IMG/VR virus record: IMGVR_UViG_3300028591_000081
Coordinates: 128,001-192,000 of that record
Direction: 5' to 3' (one strand)
From: a virus
Taxonomy: Duplodnaviria; Caudoviricetes
Length of the DNA: 64,000 nt
The translations under genes were made by a program, and so were the position numbers. Shown here one piece after another: positions 61,901 to 64,000 of this stretch (position 1 is its first letter; each line of letters begins with the position of its first letter). The notes beneath the pieces were generated by a model. That model did not search any database, had not been told where the DNA came from, and worked only from the letters and a program-made list of their open reading frames with translations.

Positions 61901-63649
61901 TTATCTCATGGGCTTTCTGGCATTGCGACGAAAACTTTCCTGAGCAGGGAACCATGTATCGGCCTGCGACACAAATTCCTCAAAATCGGACATGCTGACT
62001 CCCAAATCTCTGAAACGTTCTGTGTCGATGGAATCCTTGTGCATCAAGAGATCGTAATCTGGATCCGTCTTGATCTGTTTGGAAAGTTCCTTCTGACAGG
62101 CATCCATGTAGTCTTTCATGGAGGTCACGCAAGACTCGATCTTATCCGCTATTTGCGACAGAACACCAGAATAATCAGAAAGATCCAGTTCATAGTCGGT
62201 TTCTTCCTCAGCGTTATAAGGGTATGAAAGGGAAGACTTGAACTCCTCAACATCCTCGAATCCATCCTTTGCTACGGTTTGAAGGCGTTGTGTCGCCCAA
62301 ACTGCCATCTCCCCGATCCAACGATGATGCTCGGCATAGAACACGCTTTGCTTAATGCCCCACGAAACCACCTGTTCCACAGGAAGCTGTTTGAGGGTTT
62401 TAAGCGAGACTTCAGCCTGTTTTGCCCTTCCAACGATACGCACCGAAAGTTCTGCAAGGTCTTTTAAGGAATCCTTTGAAACACCGCGCTGATCAAGCAT
62501 GTCATAAAGATCTGAATACACGGCATCACGCAACTGAACCGCCAGCTCCTTATTACTCACCTGAGCATCTCCAAGACTAATTAAAAATCCCACCTCGGAA
62601 CGATCTTTAGACGCAAGTCCAATAAACACTGCTGGAGAGTCACTGGCAAGATCGTCCATGCACTGGAACACCTGAAGGTTTTTAGAAACAAAGAACTTGG
62701 AAAGCTCCTTGAGAAGATTCGGATTGAACAGACCCATTCCGTCTTCCGTCTGGCATACAAGAGATCCGTCTTCCGTCAATGGAAGATCCAGTCCCTTATA
62801 ACTGTCCGCTACGGAGACCCAGTTCCGTTCGTCAAGCACAAAAGCAAACCTCTCAAACATTTTCCCACCGTCCACGGCATTCAGGGTCTTCAAATCCTGT
62901 GAAATATCATTCGTGGTGGCATAGAGATAATTCCCCTGCGTAACAAACTGATACTTCCCGATACGACCAGAACGTATGAAGGAGTTTTTCTTAGCGTAAG
63001 CCTGAAGTTGCTTGGTCGTCATCTTCTCAAGACGACGTTTTCTGGCTTTGGCGGCAGGATGTTTGCTCTCATACTTCCATTCCCCTTCAATGAGGAAAAT
63101 GTTGTAATACACGCCACCCACTTCTTCGGACTCCGTGTGACCTTCAATGTCCAGCTCGTGTCCGTATCCATAAACTTCCCACAGCTCTTTGCAGAAGGCT
63201 TCACGGTCAATGACTTCCATATCCCAAAGTTCGGAAATGGAATAATTGTCTTCCACCCACTCATAAATCTCGTCGTCATCGTCCGGCGCATCGTCACGGT
63301 CATTTTCCGCCAACCATGCATCAAGAACAGCATCGGAATTCCATAAATCGGTTCGCTCAGCCATACGGCACAAGTCCGGGTCATGCTCAATCATCGAACC
63401 GTCAGTGAATGTGTCGAGGAAATGGGCAGTGGCTTCTCGCTCCGCTTCTGAATCGGTCATAACCCAATACACATTCCCACTGAATGTAACTTCGGTAACG
63501 GGGCCGCTAAAACCATCGACCGTACTGACATCAACCATGTCCGGGTCTGCACCAAAGAAGTTGATGACGGCCTGTCTACGGTCTTCGTTAGTCGAAGATT
63601 CAAACCGTCTGGATTTTCTCTCGAAATGTTTTCTTTCACGACGAAGCAT
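61901..63649 (-). CDS. Hypothetical multidomain acidic protein with basic leader, linker and tail
   Basis: MLRRERKHFERKSRRFES; YESKHPAAKARKRRLEK; QESFRRNARKPMR. Confidence 0.75.
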   Translation of the reverse strand: MLRRERKHFERKSRRFESSTNEDRRQAVINFFGADPDMVDVSTVDGFSGPVTEVTFSGNVYWVMTDSEAEREATAHFLDTFTDGSMIEHDPDLCRMAERTDLWNSDAVLDAWLAENDRDDAPDDDDEIYEWVEDNYSISELWDMEVIDREAFCKELWEVYGYGHELDIEGHTESEEVGGVYYNIFLIEGEWKYESKHPAAKARKRRLEKMTTKQLQAYAKKNSFIRSGRIGKYQFVTQGNYLYATTNDISQDLKTLNAVDGGKMFERFAFVLDERNWVSVADSYKGLDLPLTEDGSLVCQTEDGMGLFNPNLLKELSKFFVSKNLQVFQCMDDLASDSPAVFIGLASKDRSEVGFLISLGDAQVSNKELAVQLRDAVYSDLYDMLDQRGVSKDSLKDLAELSVRIVGRAKQAEVSLKTLKQLPVEQVVSWGIKQSVFYAEHHRWIGEMAVWATQRLQTVAKDGFEDVEEFKSSLSYPYNAEEETDYELDLSDYSGVLSQIADKIESCVTSMKDYMDACQKELSKQIKTDPDYDLLMHKDSIDTERFRDLGVSMSDFEEFVSQADTWFPAQESFRRNARKPMR

Positions 63650-63667
63650 ACTACATTCTCCTTGCCC

Positions 63668-64000
63668 CTACTTCAGTAATGATTTTATTTCACGTTCCCT
63701 GCATACCGAATCATACACGGTAAATGTCGTGTACTCACAGGAATCGTCCAAGTCTTGAAGAAGACTCAAAGACACCTTCTCGATAATCCCATCCTCGTCA
63801 TCGTCCTCATCAGAGCACGATTCCTGAACGAAATCATCCAAAGCGTCGGCTGACTCAAAGAGGTATGCCGTGATACCAAACGCCTCATCGTCGCCTTCCC
63901 CGGACAGAATCCGTGCTCTGAGGTCTGCATCATAAGACGCCTCGCTCAGGGCACGCACAGCCTGTTCCACAGCCTCAGTGTACAGAGTGTCCAGCCATTC
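63668..64000 (-). CDS. Acidic hypothetical protein, C-terminal fragment (runs off window end)
   Basis: Open frame to window edge. Confidence 0.6.
   Translation of the reverse strand, partial: EWLDTLYTEAVEQAVRALSEASYDADLRARILSGEGDDEAFGITAYLFESADALDDFVQESCSDEDDDEDGIIEKVSLSLLQDLDDSCEYTTFTVYDSVCREREIKSLLK

Noticed and set aside
1-64000. Full stop-codon reassignment (code 15 or 4)
   Set aside because: Coding density is high under code 11, no conserved domain is interrupted by TAG/TGA, and there is no suppressor tRNA in the window.

Overview
This window looks like the morphogenesis region of a large, highly diverged phage with a contractile tail (T4/jumbo-like). Recognisable structural genes are tail sheath, tail tube, tape measure, gp25/gp6(J)/gp53-like baseplate, spike, tail fibres and a gp13-like neck protein. 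They are interleaved with accessory genes: partial Tmk, dUTPase, metallophosphoesterase, two GT-A glycosyltransferases, an NAD-dependent epimerase, ArdA, a YafQ-type toxin with an atypical antitoxin, a canonical IS605-family TnpB element and a tRNA cluster. Four signals stand out. (1) About a dozen acidic proteins share short Arg/Lys-rich leaders, linkers and tails bounded by Glu, suggesting a modular capsid-targeting/prohead-protease-processed cargo system. (2) A 555-aa TnpB/Cas12f-like nuclease with intact RuvC motifs and no visible IS ends sits behind a ~290-nt structured RNA containing an anti-repeat and a two-repeat mini-array. (3) Three tRNA-shaped RNAs have a deleted, lengthened or replaced anticodon arm, alongside two other structured RNAs. 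(4) A promoter motif TGGTGCTGA-N22/23-TGnTA occurs nine times, always intergenic. All calls come from motif recognition by eye; no database searches were run.
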